Assembly (NCBI GenBank): GCA_964016885.1
Contig: OZ024740.1
Span: forward strand, 300,886,001-300,950,000
Source of the DNA: Eledone cirrhosa
Lineage: Eukaryota
Direction: 5' to 3'
DNA: 64,000 nt
Shown: piece after piece, positions 29,871-44,859 of the stretch
How positions within the stretch are numbered: position 1 is the stretch's first letter
Layout: every line of letters starts with the position of its first letter
Position numbers and translations under genes: made by a program
Notes under the pieces: generated by a model
Databases searched by the model: none
What the model was told of the DNA's origin: nothing
What the model saw: only the letters and a program-made list of their open reading frames with translations

Positions 29871-30086
29871 TAGGTCGTTGAAGCAAATGGACGTACTATC
29901 GTGAGCTCGTAAATCTGTTTTGTTCAACGGTTTGGAATAGGTTTGTGATTAATATTTTTGTTTCAAACGGGAAAAAGGACTTTAGTCTTGCCCTCAAGAA
30001 AGGACTTCCCATACTATTTGGGCCTTTTCGCCCAAATATTTCAACTTTGTGTGCTTAAAAGAAAGTTTTTATCGATAAAAAAAACA

Positions 30087-33000
30087 TGACGGAGGCACGC
30101 CACCAACTTTGATTTTGCTGTCTTGCTACAGCCAGTCAAACTTTGGGGCTAATAACGCTGCCCCTCCTGCAACAATTTTAAAATGTAACAACACATCAGA
30201 CAATATCGCCAACACCAGCACCAACAGCGGTGAGAACAAAAAGGACAACAGCAGCAACAGCGACATTACCAAAAACAGTAAACAAAAAAACAGTCGTGAA
30301 CAAGAACGACAACAGCTCCATCAACAATGACAGCAAAACCAACAACAACTGCAATAATGACAACAACACCAACAACAATATCAATAACAGTGACAACCAC
30401 AACAACAGCACTAAAAAACAATAACAATAGCAGAAGCAACAATATCAACGAAAATAACAACGAAATTAACACCACAAACCAGAACATAAACAGCGACAGC
30501 ACCAACAGCAACAATAACAACTACACCGAAAACAACTACAGCGGCGGCATCAAAGACACCAATGATAACAGCAATAGTGATAACAGCAACAACACCAACA
30601 AGAACAACGACAACAACAACAACATCACCAACGACAATAAGAAGAACACTTTCTCTGCGGCAGCAGCCAAAAAGCGGCCATGCTTCAGCATGAACCTCTC
30701 GAACAAAGATGAAAAGTTGGCCCAGGCCTGGAAGCACATCAAGCAAGAGCAAAACTGGGCCAACATAACTGTCCCGGTAGAAGCTATTGAAACAGTGGAG
30801 CGCAGAACGGTGGCTTCTGTGATGTGTGATTGTAGAGGGGACGCATACACTCCCGATAGAAGTAACAAGAACTGCCAGAGATGACTGGTCCGGGGTTGAC
30901 CTGGAAATACTTCTCCAGATCAGGCTGGAGAAAGTCAAAACAATCCAGGACTACATCCGTCTTCAAATAGGACGGTCATGCACATTATCTCTGAAGGCAA
31001 ATGGTCGCATTGTTTCGTTTGTGGGGAAATAACCCATGTTCGGCCCCTCAACTGCTGAAACATGCAAGGGGTCGAAGGGCTCCACTGCTACAGTCGCCGG
31101 GGCGAGGACCACAACCAGCACCAGCACCGGCAAAACCATCAGCAACAACACCAATAGACAGACCACCACCAACATTGACCACCCGGGGAGAAACAGGGTG
31201 TTTGCCCATACCCCCCCCCCCCCCCCAACTACATACATCACTAAAACCATAAACACACACACAGACAAAAACGCACTTACAGACGCAGACCCCACATCTA
31301 CCAGTAGTGAAGATGAGGGAAAACCCAAATCCCCAAAAATACAAAAAAAAGGAAACACAAAAAGAAAAGAAAACTCAATAAAGCACAAAAACACTCACAA
31401 TAAAAAATGCAGACACCACCCACTCAGAGCATCTCCCCAACAAAACCGACATCAACAGCACCATCACCATCAACATCACCATCACCAGAATCCTCCAAAC
31501 GCAAACAACCTAAACAGATGCAAGAATAAATACACAAACAAACATATGAAACAACAGACACTGCACTCACAACAAACACAGATACAACCGAAACAACACC
31601 ATCAAAACCATCAACGCCACAGCTACGCAAACGAATAAAATCACACCAACAAAACTTTCAACTTCGTGCTCGTGAGGAGGGCCAAAAAGGAACTGATGGC
31701 CCTCGTAGCACGAAGTGAAAATATACAAAAAGAGGGCAACATTTTTAAATCGAGCACATTTCGCGTGCCGGAAGATTTGTTTCTGGTGCGAATGTCACTC
31801 GATTTATTCAAAGAGATACGAGACAGCTTTCTTCGGGACGCGGGAACCCCGAACGTAAAACCCACTTCAAGACTTTTAAAGGGATCCCAAAAGAAACCCC
31901 GCCAACTATGGAGGTCGAACTACCCGACCTTCACAAGAGCCCGGAAGGTAAGTAAACCTTTCCTCTCTCTCTATTTTAACCTGCCAACATAGCCGTATTA
32001 AGAGTAGGAAGTTTAAATGTTCGAGGCTTGGGATCCTTCTGGGAGCAGGGTCACCTGCTGAACGACCTCAGGTCTCTAGAAATGGAGGTAATTGCCGTCA
32101 GCAAGACCAGGATTTCTAACAAACGCGCACTAGCCCTCATTTTCGACGACTATTATATCTTCGCATCTGTTAGTCATCCAGGAATGGGAGGTGGGGTGGC
32201 AGTGCTGTTTAGGAAAGGCCTGGAACTCGAGGTAAGGTCGATCTTCCGGGACCCGAACGGTAAGTTGGTTGTCCTGGACGTGAACAACAACGAAGGTGCT
32301 GCCTTTAGACTTCCCTACTGGGGGAGGACGGCCGGACTTCTTTAAGCGCCTGGAAGCCTTTCTGTGTACGTCGCGCCATTTACTGTTAGCGGGGAACTGG
32401 AACGGTGTCTTAGACGCACGCTGGGACTGTGTAGGAGTGTCCGATAGGAGCGTGGGGTGTAAAAGCCTCAAGTACCTGATCAGCCAGTACCAACTGTCTG
32501 ATAGGTACCGATTAAATTTCCCTAATGCGCCAGTGTAGACCTGGACCAACTGCATATGGTCATCTAGATCGTATATAGACAGGCTATTCATTAGGAAAAT
32601 ATACAAAAATAGTGTAAGCTGTCCACGTTTTAAAACGGCCGCCTATTCAGATCACAAGTTTGTGATCTGTATGGTCGACCTAGATAAGACGAGTAGTCTA
32701 GGACCTGGTTACTGGTAGATGAACATGTGATTTCCGGCACGTAATGGTTACAGGGACCGGGTCAACAATGCAGTTTAAAAAAAGTTGACAGGGGGAGTCG
32801 TCAACTATAGATGGGGGGGGGGGGGGGGTCTCAATAGTGTTTAGCAAAGAAGTAGCGCTAGAGAAAAATAGAAAGGAGGGGAGTTTGTAGATAAGTGAGA
32901 CGAGGCTAATTATAGTGGCATTGCAACTGACGTGCTAACGGCGAGAATGACATTAGATCATTTCTTCAAGGCGAAACACGAAGGTTGCATTTTCAGAGCA

Positions 33001-35200
33001 ATGGCACGTGCTCTGAGAAACGAGGGAACCAAAGCTCTTCGATGGGCCCGCGTGACAGACGCGCAGCCTGGTAATAAAACCACGATTCATTCTTTGACGC
33101 ACCGAAATGGACACGAGCTGAGCGATTCCAAGCGAATGTGTGAGACATTTCGCCAACATTTTGTCCGGTTGTTAGGGGGAAGTGGTGGGTCAGAGACGGT
33201 GGCGGACTTCAGTCCCTACCTCGATGGCTTGCCACAACTCTCGACAGCCGATGCTGAGCGCTATGAAAGACCGATTACTTCAGCTGAGATTCAGGATGCC
33301 CTTGTCGGCTGCATGAGGTGCAAGTCACCCGGTTTGGATGGTCTGCCAAACGAGCTTTACGTAAATATGCCAGACTTGTTCTCCGATCTCCTCGAAGCGC
33401 TCTACTGCAACTGGAAGTAGAACTTGAGTATTCCCAGTTCTGTGAGCTGATAAGGAAAGACGACAGCAAGAGGGACACATTATACAATTTCAGGCACATA
33501 ACTCTGTGCAACACAGAGTTTAAGATATTGGCCAAGGCGTTAGCGAAGAGGTTTGCGCTTGTCGTCGAGGATTTGGTTGGATGAGGCGCAAACTTGCGCA
33601 ATACCAACCTGGTCCATACACGACAACCTCCGTCTCATACGATAAATCATAAAGAGGGTTAAGTGTAAACCTGGCTTCGCTGGGGCTCTGGTCAATTTAG
33701 ATCAATCTAAAGCATTTGATAGGATCGACCAGCGGTACCTGGAAGCTGTCATCAAGGCAGCGGGCTTCGGCCGCGTTTTCAAAAGCTTGATCGCTGCAAT
33801 GCACAGTGGCATCCGCTCGGTGTTCAAAGTTAATGCCCACCTCGCGGAACCGTTTCAGATCTCCCGATCGGTCCGTCAAAGGTGCTCTCTCTCCTCCCTT
33901 CTGTACGTATTGACTCTCGAGCCTTTACTGTTGTAGGGCATCCCGCTCGGACCGGGTGCGGAAAGGCTGTGTCGGCTTATGCGGACGACATCAGCGTGAT
34001 GGTGACGGACACCCCCAGAAATCGAGCTGGTCGGCAACTTATTGGAGGAATATGAAAGGTTGACGGGAGCCAAACTTAACCCGGAGAAGTCGGTGGGATT
34101 GCAACTCGGCACCTGGAGAGGCAAGTCTATGCCATCCAACAGCGCCGTTGGACCGGTAAAGTTGCTCGGGGTTTGGTTCGGGCCAGACCTCCAGGTGGAT
34201 ACGAATTGGGACGATATGACGGGCAGGGTAGCCAGTCTCACCCAGAAATGGGCTGCGAGGAAGCTATCAGTGAAGAGTCGGGATTAAGGGGCGAACGCGT
34301 ACATCGTGTTCGTCATCTACTAGCCCTAACAGTCGTTCCTTACCCCCGCTCGCGCATCGCCGCTGGTGAGGTAGTCCTTCTTCTTCCAGCACCCTCTATG
34401 TGGAGGGCTGGGCATGCCGTTGCTAATGATGCGCAGACACGCGCTGAGGCTGCGGCATCTCCAGATATTCTGCCTAAACGGTAAACAAGTGTGGTCGCCG
34501 TTTGTCAGACGAGCCTTTCCGCAGCTCGTCTCTGTGACTGAGCTGCAGTCATGGGAAGAGACCGAAACTCTGTGACTGGCATCTGGAATGTTGCCAGGCA
34601 CTCACTGCCCTCTATCAGGCGGGCAATGCTATCAGTGGAACTTCCACTCTCGAGTTCTATAGAGGATTATTGGTGGGCAAGTGCCACGGCGCAACCGGAG
34701 AGGCTCTGGGCATCGACGAAGTTGAACTAAGCAGACTGTTGCGGGGGATTTCCGAGCCGTGGACGATGAATCATTTCCAAAAATCTCTCACTTGGCAGTG
34801 CTACCGAGGGGGAACTGCCGGTTCGAGATAAACTCTACAGGCACGGAAGTGCTGTCAGACGGACCTGCCCGAGATGCGCGCAGAGTGACGAAACCGTTCT
34901 GCACGCACTCGTCCGGTGTCGGTTCATTACTGACTTGTGGATCTATGTCGAACAGCTGTTGTCGCGTGTGGAAAGGATCCGCCTATCGGTCGAGTCCATA
35001 GTGAAGATCGATCCGCCACCTTCTTTTGCCAGGAAGGGCAGGCAATTTTCCTCTGTCTGGTGGCAGTAGCGAAAGAGGTTGTATGGTGGACTAGGTTGAA
35101 AGAACTGAAGAGAGACACTTTTCTCTTCGGCCAATCCCTCATCAACATGTTCAAGGTTTACTAGGAAAAGAAGGTGAGGGTGGAGAGAGAAGTGCTGACT
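30087..35200 (+). mobile_element. Decayed near-full-length L1/Tx1-clade LINE
   Basis: ORF1 remnant: Asn/Thr-rich, knuckle CFVCGEITHVRPLNC at about 31011. ORF2 from about 31995: APE GSLNVRGL, GGVAVL, LAGNWN, YIDRLF, SDH; RT KSPGLDGLP, FRHITLCNTEFKILAK, LDQSKAFDRID, AYADD, GAKLNPEKS; C-terminal CPRC..ETVLH..C; many stops and frameshifts. Confidence 0.88.
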
Positions 35201-37355
35201 TTGCCTTTCATCTTTTGCCTTTCATCCTTACGGGGTCGATAAAATAAAGTACCAGTAATGCACTGGTTAATTTCTGGCCTTGTGTCTAAAGTAGAAATAA
35301 TTATTATTATTATCAATTTTCATAGTGTGTTAATGTTATTAAAATTATGTTTCCAGTTAAACTTGTTATATTGTTAATTAAGTATATGTAAGAAATCTCT
35401 TGAAAATGTCCTTGTAACTGTTGAAATTCATTCTCATAAGATCAGCAGTTCTTAAGATAAATACTTCTTACTACTTTGATTGCATTTCTAGGGAGGATTA
35501 AAAAAAAAATACTTCCATTATTAGTTTAATAGGGCAAATAATCTCACACTAGTGAATGAGATACTTGAAGAAAACAAGTAAAATAAACAAAAAACAAAAA
35601 GAAACCCAAGAGAAACAAGATTTTCCAGCAGTGTGTGTTCAAATATCAAATTCCAAGACATTAAACATGTAAAGTATTTTATGTTGAGAAATAAATTCGT
35701 TTTAGGTACCTTGCATATAATAATTATATTTGAAAAATAAATGTATTCAAAGGTGTATCGAATATTATGTTTATCATAATCTCACAATTAATAAGATTTC
35801 GAATACATGAACTAATTATATTTAAATAACATTTTAACATCAGTTTGCTTCAATAGTATATATTGGAAAGAAAATTGGAACAATTCGAACCTCTATAGGA
35901 TGTGTATGCAGTCAATATATTAGAACATAGAATCAATCTAAAAACCAAGCATTTTAAAAGGATTGTATGACGTATACACTATTCAAACAGGCTTTTAAAT
36001 TGTGTACATACTTGAGAACAAGACAAAACAACTAATCTATGGAGTCAACCACATTAAAAATGGATATGAACTAAAGAACGAAAACTATCACGAATATAAA
36101 ACATAAAAATAGCAATATTGTTAAGAGAGATATATATAAGAGGTAATACGATACAAGAAAAACTAACACACGTTCAGTTGCTTTTTTTCTTTCTCGTCTT
36201 GTGAAAGCATGTATCATGTTTTCTATAGTGTTCAGTTATACACGGGGAAAAGAAGGAATTAAAAAAAAAAAAAAAATAGACTATACCATTTTGAATATTG
36301 CATTGCAAATACATAAATAATAATATTCGAATACCTTTATAAATACCATTGTGATGAACTATGGTCAATTTGTCATGTTTAGGGAAACTTAGTGTATGCA
36401 AATATATAATAATATCATTATTATCTATTGAACGAATATGCTAAGTACAAAAACGTAGAAATCAAAAATGTTACAATGAGACACAAACAGAGGTTACATT
36501 TTACAATCAATATTGAAATGAAAAGACACCGAAATATTAGATATTCTTCTACACATACTTAGGGTTTCCTACGAAAGATACTTCGAATATATAATTACAG
36601 AACACTATGTTTTACATAAATAAATATTTAATATGAATTATAAGATTAAGTTTAGGGATCTAATTTGTATACTATTGTAAAAGAAAATTTAATATATTAT
36701 TCATTTCATCCTATACATCTAGTTGTATCGATAGCTTCAATTTTCAACGGAGCATTTATGAGTACAATGCATTTCCAACAGGTTCAGTAACAGCTTATGT
36801 TATGGAAATTGCTGTACTTCACTTAGAAAGCACAATCAATGTTTGCGTTCATCTGGTCGCTGAAAATATGAAAACACACCCACACAAACTCATCTACATA
36901 CACTCACTCCCTTTCTATCTCTATCTCACTATATTTCTTTCTACCACTCATTCGCCCACACACAAATAATTAGAGACGTTTTATCCCTGATTATAAAACT
37001 GGGATCCTGAAATTATATGTATTTAAAACCTGGTAAAGTTTCCAAGACGCAAATTAAAAGAACACACGATATATATATTTACGTCATCCAATTTTAATCA
37101 ACATAGATTTTGCAACTACCCGCTTCTCCGTATTTTCATACCATGAATCGTTATAGTATACTTATGGATTGAGACTGAAGCCTAGACAAATTGTTCATTT
37201 AGAATTATTTCATCAGCAAAACAAGCACATGAATCAACAGAATGAAATCGAAACTAATTTATCTGAGTTTGATATACTACATGTTTATCCCCGGCTCAAT
37301 TTATATTATTTGCAATATTAGAATATTAATATATATGAATTGCAAGACTTAACAC

Positions 37356-37403
<48 letters not shown>

Positions 37404-37573
37404 TGAAACTTTCTGAAGATCACGTTAAGGGTGAATGCAGCGATTCTTAGCTTAAATTTTAATCTGCTATTTTAATAAATATTTGCTCTAAGGTGTTATA
37501 TATTCATATATATATAGATATTGCCCTTATTGAGACCTCTTCGGATTTTAGTCTTCACATTTATTATTATTAC

Positions 37574-37691
<118 letters not shown>

Positions 37692-38355
37692 AGGATGATC
37701 TTACGGACTATACTAGGGAGTACGCGACACAGCATCTTCAATTAAAGACCATGATATACACAAAGTGCAAAAGAAATGAGACAATCATTTCATGCTACCT
37801 AATGTGTGAGACAGGAATTGTTGCCATACGATTCAGCAATGTAATCACGGTTGGGAGATTTACCTGACTATATCAATCACTCTCTGTTTGTATTTATTGT
37901 CAAACACTAACCAATAATGTATCATATAACTTCCATTAATTTGAAGAAAACGAGAAGACATATTTGTACATTTTGTCTTTCCATGTGTTGATGTTCAAAA
38001 GGAAATTGTTTTATTTTAGCTGAGTATATTTTTTTTTATAATAAATATTTCCAGAAAGTTTTACGAATATTTCATTTATTCCACCTCACGCAAACACAAA
38101 ATCATATTGCACGCTTTCTTAGTTAATAACCAATTAAATGTCCTATTATTTAAAAAGAAATGCGTACAGTATATTCAAGTGAAAAATGAACTGTAGCTAT
38201 ATAGCGTAAAATAAAAATTGTCGCTGCTATTATGACATTTTAGAAAACAATAAATGTACAGTTTAGTTTGTCTGAGTGTGTGTGCCTATGTATATAAACG
38301 TCTGTCTGCCTGTATATATGTGTGGGTGTATTAATGTAGGTATATATGTATCTGA

Positions 38356-38500
38356 GCGGCGAATTGGCAGAGCTGTTACAACGTTGGATATAGTAATTTG
38401 TGGTGTTCATTTCGGCTCTCTGCTCGGAGAGTTCAAATCATGCCGAGGTCAACTTTGCCTTTCATCCATTCGAGGTCGATGAAAAGCATCAGTCAAGTAC
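38356..38500 (+). mobile_element. tRNA-derived SINE copy
   Basis: GCGGCGAATTGGCAGA..GAGTTCAAATC..TTTGCCTTTCATCC. Confidence 0.7.
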
Positions 38501-38647
38501 CGGTTCTTCGTCTTTATCTCTTTCTAACCTCCATTCTCTCAATCTCTATACGTCTTTGGGAGAAATCTGCTGTTCTCAGACATGAAGACGAGATGAACTC
38601 CTTACGCTTACCTGTGGAGTTACGGGTACATGCATATATATATATAT

Positions 38648-38711
<64 letters not shown>

Positions 38712-38935
38712 ACAGTATTTTCCGTAGTGTTGTAATATGAATATTACACACAGTAGATGGACAGCTCACGTAGAGTTTGCTCGACGGTTCCAGTTGTAGT
38801 TTCAAAAGTAATCCTGAGAAAATAGAAGGATTTAAATGGATACAGTTCAGTTAAAAGGAATTTATTGACACGTGTTTCAATAACAGTTACATAACCTGAA
38901 AACAGCTGCTATCTACAAAGTATTAGTTATGCAGA

Positions 38936-38981
38936 CATTCAATATTTCAATGTTATTATCAACTGTCATTTCATCAGAATA
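38936..38981 (-). ncRNA. Hammerhead-like motif in 3' pLTR of second PLE
   Basis: TATT-CTGATGA-AATG..CATT-GAAA-TA-TT-GAATG; sense to the ORF; stem I register imperfect. Confidence 0.55.
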
Positions 38982-39518
38982 ATTTTATTGGGAACCTGTT
39001 TGGTTTTTATAGAGACTATTAGGAGGGAGGGGTGAAGTTGTTAGAAGAATAGTTAAGCGAGTGGTTTTTTGATAGCAGTGAGAATTTTTGGTGGCAGTGA
39101 GTAATTAGATTCCCATCTATTGTTTTGACATTTTTATAGAATATATTATTTGGCGTTGGTTATTTTTCTAAATCTATAGAAGGTTTAGAGATAGTATAGA
39201 TATGCATGGTTGGTTTTGTGTTTGCACTTAATTAACATTCAGACTTAAATTTTTCTTTCAAGTGTACGTATACTTTCGCCCACGCATTCACACACAAACA
39301 TATATGAACACCTCTACAAAATACATATACTCACATACACATACTTACATGCTCATACTTACATACATATATACATGCATATATATATATATATATATAC
39401 ATATATATACATATATATATGTACATACATACGCATTCATGTGTATGCATTTTCATACTCAACTTATCTTTATATACAGACGTATAGACACACACATATA
39501 TACATACATACTCCTGTC

Positions 39519-39565
<47 letters not shown>

Positions 39566-41985
39566 ACTTTAATACATGAATACATATACATCTAACTATA
39601 CACATCAAACATATATATATATTTACTTATTTATATACAATTTCACATATATATACATACATATGGTCGCTTTTATACACATTCATTATAGCATATTCGC
39701 ACCTATTCTCATCAGCATATCTATCCATTATTAGTGTGGTAATTTAAGGTTATTAATATACATATATATGTTGAGAAGAGATTGTTTTTATATTTTTCTA
39801 ACTAGATTGAGGTTTATATAGTTGGGGGGATGTCCCTCTTTTATGTAATATTCAGCTTGTAGTGGGAAAAAAGGGTTTTAGTTCGGTGACGGCAGAATAA
39901 TGTTCGTTCAATTCTGTTATTAAGCAATTTCTTCTTGTGTGTGATTATGTAATAAATCTCAAGATTACACAATTTGCAGAATCTTGGCTTCTGGAAAAGC
40001 TTTGGGCTTTAGCTAATTTCTCCCATTTTAGGGTAAACTTTTGATCGCTATCCCTGAACGTCCAAGCTTTTTCTGCTAAAGTTGTCACATTTCTTTGGCT
40101 CTGGTGTTTTATTGAGTAAGAATGCCTATATAATTGAGATTTAAACGATGTTGCCGTTGATCCCACGTAATACCACTCGTTGCCTCCGGATTAAATGGTA
40201 CACTTATAAATGATATTTTTTTCCAGGCAGTTATTGCCGAGGTGGCAGTTGTCAGGATAGGTGCAGTTACAGTTGTGTACGTTGGATTTACTCTGGAGTA
40301 GTATTGCGGACGAACTTAGGTGTGGTTTATTTATGTTCTGTAGTGTATTGTCTACTATTTTTTTGTGTTCTTTGTACTTAAGTTTTTAGTGTTTTCGTTT
40401 AACCTTCTAGTATTGATCTTTTTTATGTGTTGTTCAAGCTTTAACGCTGTAGAGAATGACAGTCTTATAATGGTAGGGTTTAGGATTTTGTGGTATTTGT
40501 GTGATGTAGGAAAATGTATCTTAATTATTTTAAAGAAGAGTACTGGTAAATTTGTACTAATGGAACTATTGTATTCAGGATTATACCATAAATACTCTTT
40601 GCATCGCTTTCTGTTAGTTTTCTTTGTTGGTTTACTGGTGTGTATACTATGGTAGTAAGTGTGGTTTGGTGTTGTGTTATTATATCTACCTATGTGGGAT
40701 TTATTTTGGGTGTTTTGATTGTTCTCATCTATATACTCTATTTTGTTGAGTTAGCCTGCTTTACTAAGGGCGTTATCGTAGTACTCGGCGTGTTCCTTAA
40801 ATACTTGTATGTTAGAAGATAGACCCGAGATTCTAAGGGAAATATTTTTAGGGATAGATTTAATTATAGAGATGAGGTGGTTAGACCCAACATTTACGTA
40901 CTTGAGATTTTCATTCAATTTATGGAACGGTTTAATCAGACCAGAGTTTAAATTGAGTGTGACATCCAGGAAGTTAACTACTTTAAGGTTGTATTCATAT
41001 GTTATAGTTAGTCCTATTTCGAGTAGTAGTTTTCTTATATCTTTGCGTAATTTTTCTAGTTTTTGGTTATTTAGGTTTTTAACTAGGAGGAGAACATCGT
41101 CGCGGTATATTCCACCGTGGAGATTACTGAATTTTTCCGGGAGTCTAAAGGCGATAAATAACCCCACAATATCAGTTATTTCCGCCGAATCGTTAGAGCC
41201 CATTGTTATGATAAAGTTAGAGGGTCTATCTTTACGAACCCAAGAACTGTTCTCAAATTTGACTATAGTTTTCCTAGCTTCTAATATAATCTTAATTTCG
41301 TCGTTTGTAAGGTCAGAGTTATCCTTAGCAAACTTAATGGCTCTATTCAGAGTTTCAGGTGATATCGATGAGTAATATTCGTCGATATCAAACTGGATAA
41401 ACTTAGATTTATTATTATTGCTAATGCTATTAAACCATCTTATTGCTTCTTGGCTCTTCCCCCAGAGTTTAATGTTAACCTTAGCCTTAATTGGGGGATG
41501 ATTCTATCTAAGATATATTTGCTTATTTTTCCTATATCTGATTTAGAGGGGCAGATTAATCTAATTTTAGGGTCATTATCAAAGTTTACCTTATGGTCCT
41601 TAAGATTGAAGGTGGTACGGCCGGTAAGAGTGGTCCTGTCCTATCTTCGATTCCGAGATTTTTCACTATTTCGCATGCGAAAGGATGGGCGAAAGGATAC
41701 GTACACCTGAAAGAAAAATTTAAGTCTGAATGTTAATTAAGTGCAAACACAAAACCAACCATGCATATCTATACTATCTCTAATCCTTCTATAGATTTAG
41801 AAAAATAACCAACGCCAAATAATATATTCTATAAAAATGTCAAAACAACAGATGGGGATCTAATTACTCACTGCCACCAAAATTCTCACTGCTATAAAAA
41901 AACCACTCCCTTAGCTATTCTTCTAACAACTTCACCCCTCCCTCCTAATATTCTCTATAAAAACCAAACAGGTTCTCAATAAAAT

Positions 41986-42031
41986 TATTCTGATGAAATG
42001 ACAGTTGATAATAACATTGAAATATTGAATG
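41986..42031 (+). ncRNA. Hammerhead-like motif (inverted pLTR copy)
   Basis: Reverse complement of 38936..38981. Confidence 0.55.
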
Positions 42032-42154
42032 TCTGCATAACTAATACTTTGTAGATAGCAGCTGTTTTCAGGTTATGTAACTGTTATTGAAACACGTGTC
42101 AATAAATTCCTTTTAACTGAACTGTATCCATTTAAATCCTTATATATATATATA

Positions 42155-43595
42155 TGTATGCATGTTCTTCTGGTTTTGTAATTTCTCAAATTTTTGCCAA
42201 TAGAGAGAGAGTCGGTTTCTAACATGGAAACAAGACTCTCTCATTGGAATTTACACAACATCAACTAGGTAGATATGTATGCATGTCTGCATGGATGTTA
42301 ACGTATGTGCTGAAGTGTATGTTTTGAGTTGTATGTGTGTATGTTCATACGCTTTGTATCTGTACATGTGTATATACAGTTATTAGATGCAAAATATTTG
42401 GAATGTTTTACACATTTTTACTTTTTTACATATTTTTATTGTCCTTGTAATTTCCTAACTAGTTGTGTTCTTTCTGCTCCTGTGAAGCGCAGCTTCTCAG
42501 GATTTGTATTGAGGCATCTACTAACATATCCCAGTGCCCCATAATCATAAATATGTATGTATGTATGTATGTATGTTATGTCGGGTCACTCTTGATTGCT
42601 ACTGGTAACATGTAACCCAGTACAACCTGTCACATTGTCGGTTCGTCGGCGACTAAATCGGCAACCCCACCAAGATTACTTGGTGACGAGGGGGATTTTG
42701 GACAGCCTGCAGGACAAAAAACAAAACCTCACAAAGGTCGGTAGGACTCATAAGAGACAACGGCCATCCAAAAGTGTTTAAATATGTATATACACACGGT
42801 TGCATATGTGTGTATATGCGCGGCGAGATAGAAATAGTCGGGCTATACACCCGATTGCGCGGTTAAACCGCTGGTACTGAAGAACCCCTAGCCTTTGTCA
42901 GGGCATTCTTCTAGAAGAAGGCAACTCAGGAAACTGGGATAACTCCTATATAAAACCTGTGGCACGGTAGTTACCGATGATGTTGATCTTTTCTTCTTTT
43001 CGCGTTATAGCTACTGTCGCTCAGAGAGAGGGATTGGCTCAGTGCAGATCCATTCCTTACTTTAAAAAAATATCTTCACGCACAGGCATTGCACGATATA
43101 ATTAATTAATAATTGGTAATAATGGTATAACGTGCAATGGCCATACTCGATGAAGAGGGGACAGTCATCATGTATGTATGTGTGTGTCTGTGTGTGTGTA
43201 TGTATGTTCTTCTGGTTTTATAATTTCACAAATTTTTGCCAATAGAGAGAGAGAGTCGGTTTCTAACATAGACACAAGACTCTATCATTGGAATTTACTC
43301 AACGTCAACTAGGTAGATATGTATGCATGAATGCAGGCATTCATGTGTAGATATGGATGTTATTGTATGTGTGGATGTGTATGTTTTGAGTTGCATGTGT
43401 GCATGTGTATATGCTTAGTATCTGTACATGTGCAGTTGTTATATGCAAGATTTTTGGAATGTTTTACATCTTTTTTACTGTGGATTGTACTTGTAATTTC
43501 CTAATTAGTTGAGTTCTTTCTGTTCTTGTGAAGCCCAGCTGCTCAAGATTTCCATTGAAGCAGTTACTAACATATCCCAGTGCCCCAATAATCAC
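42155..43595 (+). repeat. Diverged direct repeats of about 400 bp (42155-42550, 43195-43595) flanking a divergent RTE-derived element (42578-43170)
   Basis: GTTCTTCTGGTTTT..CCAATAGAGAGAGAGTCGGTTTCTAACAT..CCCAGTGCCCCA occurs twice; the middle aligns to 5403-5800. Confidence 0.7.
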
Positions 43596-44859
43596 AGGCA
43601 TAAATCTGAAGGTAAATCTGAAGGTATGATGTATGTATGTATTTGTGCATGTTTATAGGTATATATGTATGGAATCGACCCGCCAATCATTTTGCATTAA
43701 TGTCACGTTTAATCGTTTCTGTTAAGCGTTTTCCTATTTTCTTATTTATACGTTATGTTTAGTTTGTAACATAGACATTATATATGTATTCGTCTATTAA
43801 TTTTACAAAACCTTCTGTGCCTCGTATCCAGAATAAATTGTTGATTGTAAGGGTGTGTTGTTTGGAGGTTTTACAAACTATCGCAATGTTTCAGAGAATA
43901 CCGCTAAACAATTCAGTGTTGTTAATAGAAGCAAAGGCTGAATAATTTCATAGCTAATTTCTTATATGGCATATCTATATGTTGATATGTTTCTTTTTGT
44001 AATTTGCTAATTGTATAATTGGGGAATTTATATAAACGTTTATCGTTAGCAACTAAATTTTAACTTCATCTATTGCGACGTTTTCGTACGTTCTTTGTCG
44101 GTGTAAATTGTTTCAGAATATATACCTAACCCATATTTAGAAACATCAAAATGAAACATCTCAATACACTCACAAGCAACTGCAAATCAGAGGACGAACA
44201 TATGTTGGCGAGACAATATGTAAACACATGTCAATTTAAATATGAAATCTCTGAACATAATGACTCAATCCATTACATCGGACACTTAATTAGAATTTCG
44301 CAATTGTTGACAATGAAGTTATAAAATGAAACCAAACCACAATCTGATGAGAAATCGGAGGAAGTTGTATAAATAGAATGCATTATGGATATAGAAAATC
44401 TAATGTCTGCACATAAATATAACTGTCAAACAATTTAGAAATCGTACGCAGTTGCATCTTCAATAGATCACAATGAAGCGATCAAATAGAAGTGATTGAA
44501 ATACGACTTTCTGTATTTGTTAAAATACTTGCTGTCGACTAGTGCTTGTTTTAAGTAAGTGTCCATCGTTGCCGAAGAGTGTTTAAATACATGTTTAAGT
44601 AAATATGTGTTTATAATAAAATAAATGTTTTATTTAATATGTTATACATGTAAAAATGTGTCAACTATATTTCGCAAAAAGAACCTATACAAGGATAGTA
44701 ATTAGGCATAGAGCCTATCAATCTCACTCCTTACCCATCCCGTTCTTCCCTGGCCTATTAGTCCTTAGTTTATCTCCTGTTTCTCTCATTTATGACATTT
44801 ATAGTCCTTTCCTCCTCTTTCATATATATCCAGATCTGCTCATTTTTAGTCCTTCCGCC

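Larger units (their letters stand above)
38725..42141 (-). mobile_element. Decayed Naiad-like Penelope element with inverted 5' pLTR copy
   Basis: Minus strand [78 protein letters not shown]; arms 38826-39271 and 41697-42141 are reverse complements. Confidence 0.85.

Noticed and set aside
30109-31638. Asn/Thr/His-rich ORFs as a host gene
   Set aside because: Low-complexity, frameshifted ORF1 region directly upstream of the Tx1-like ORF2
37405-37455. CTGAAGA-TCAC..GTGAAT
   Set aside because: No GAAA and no stem I partner
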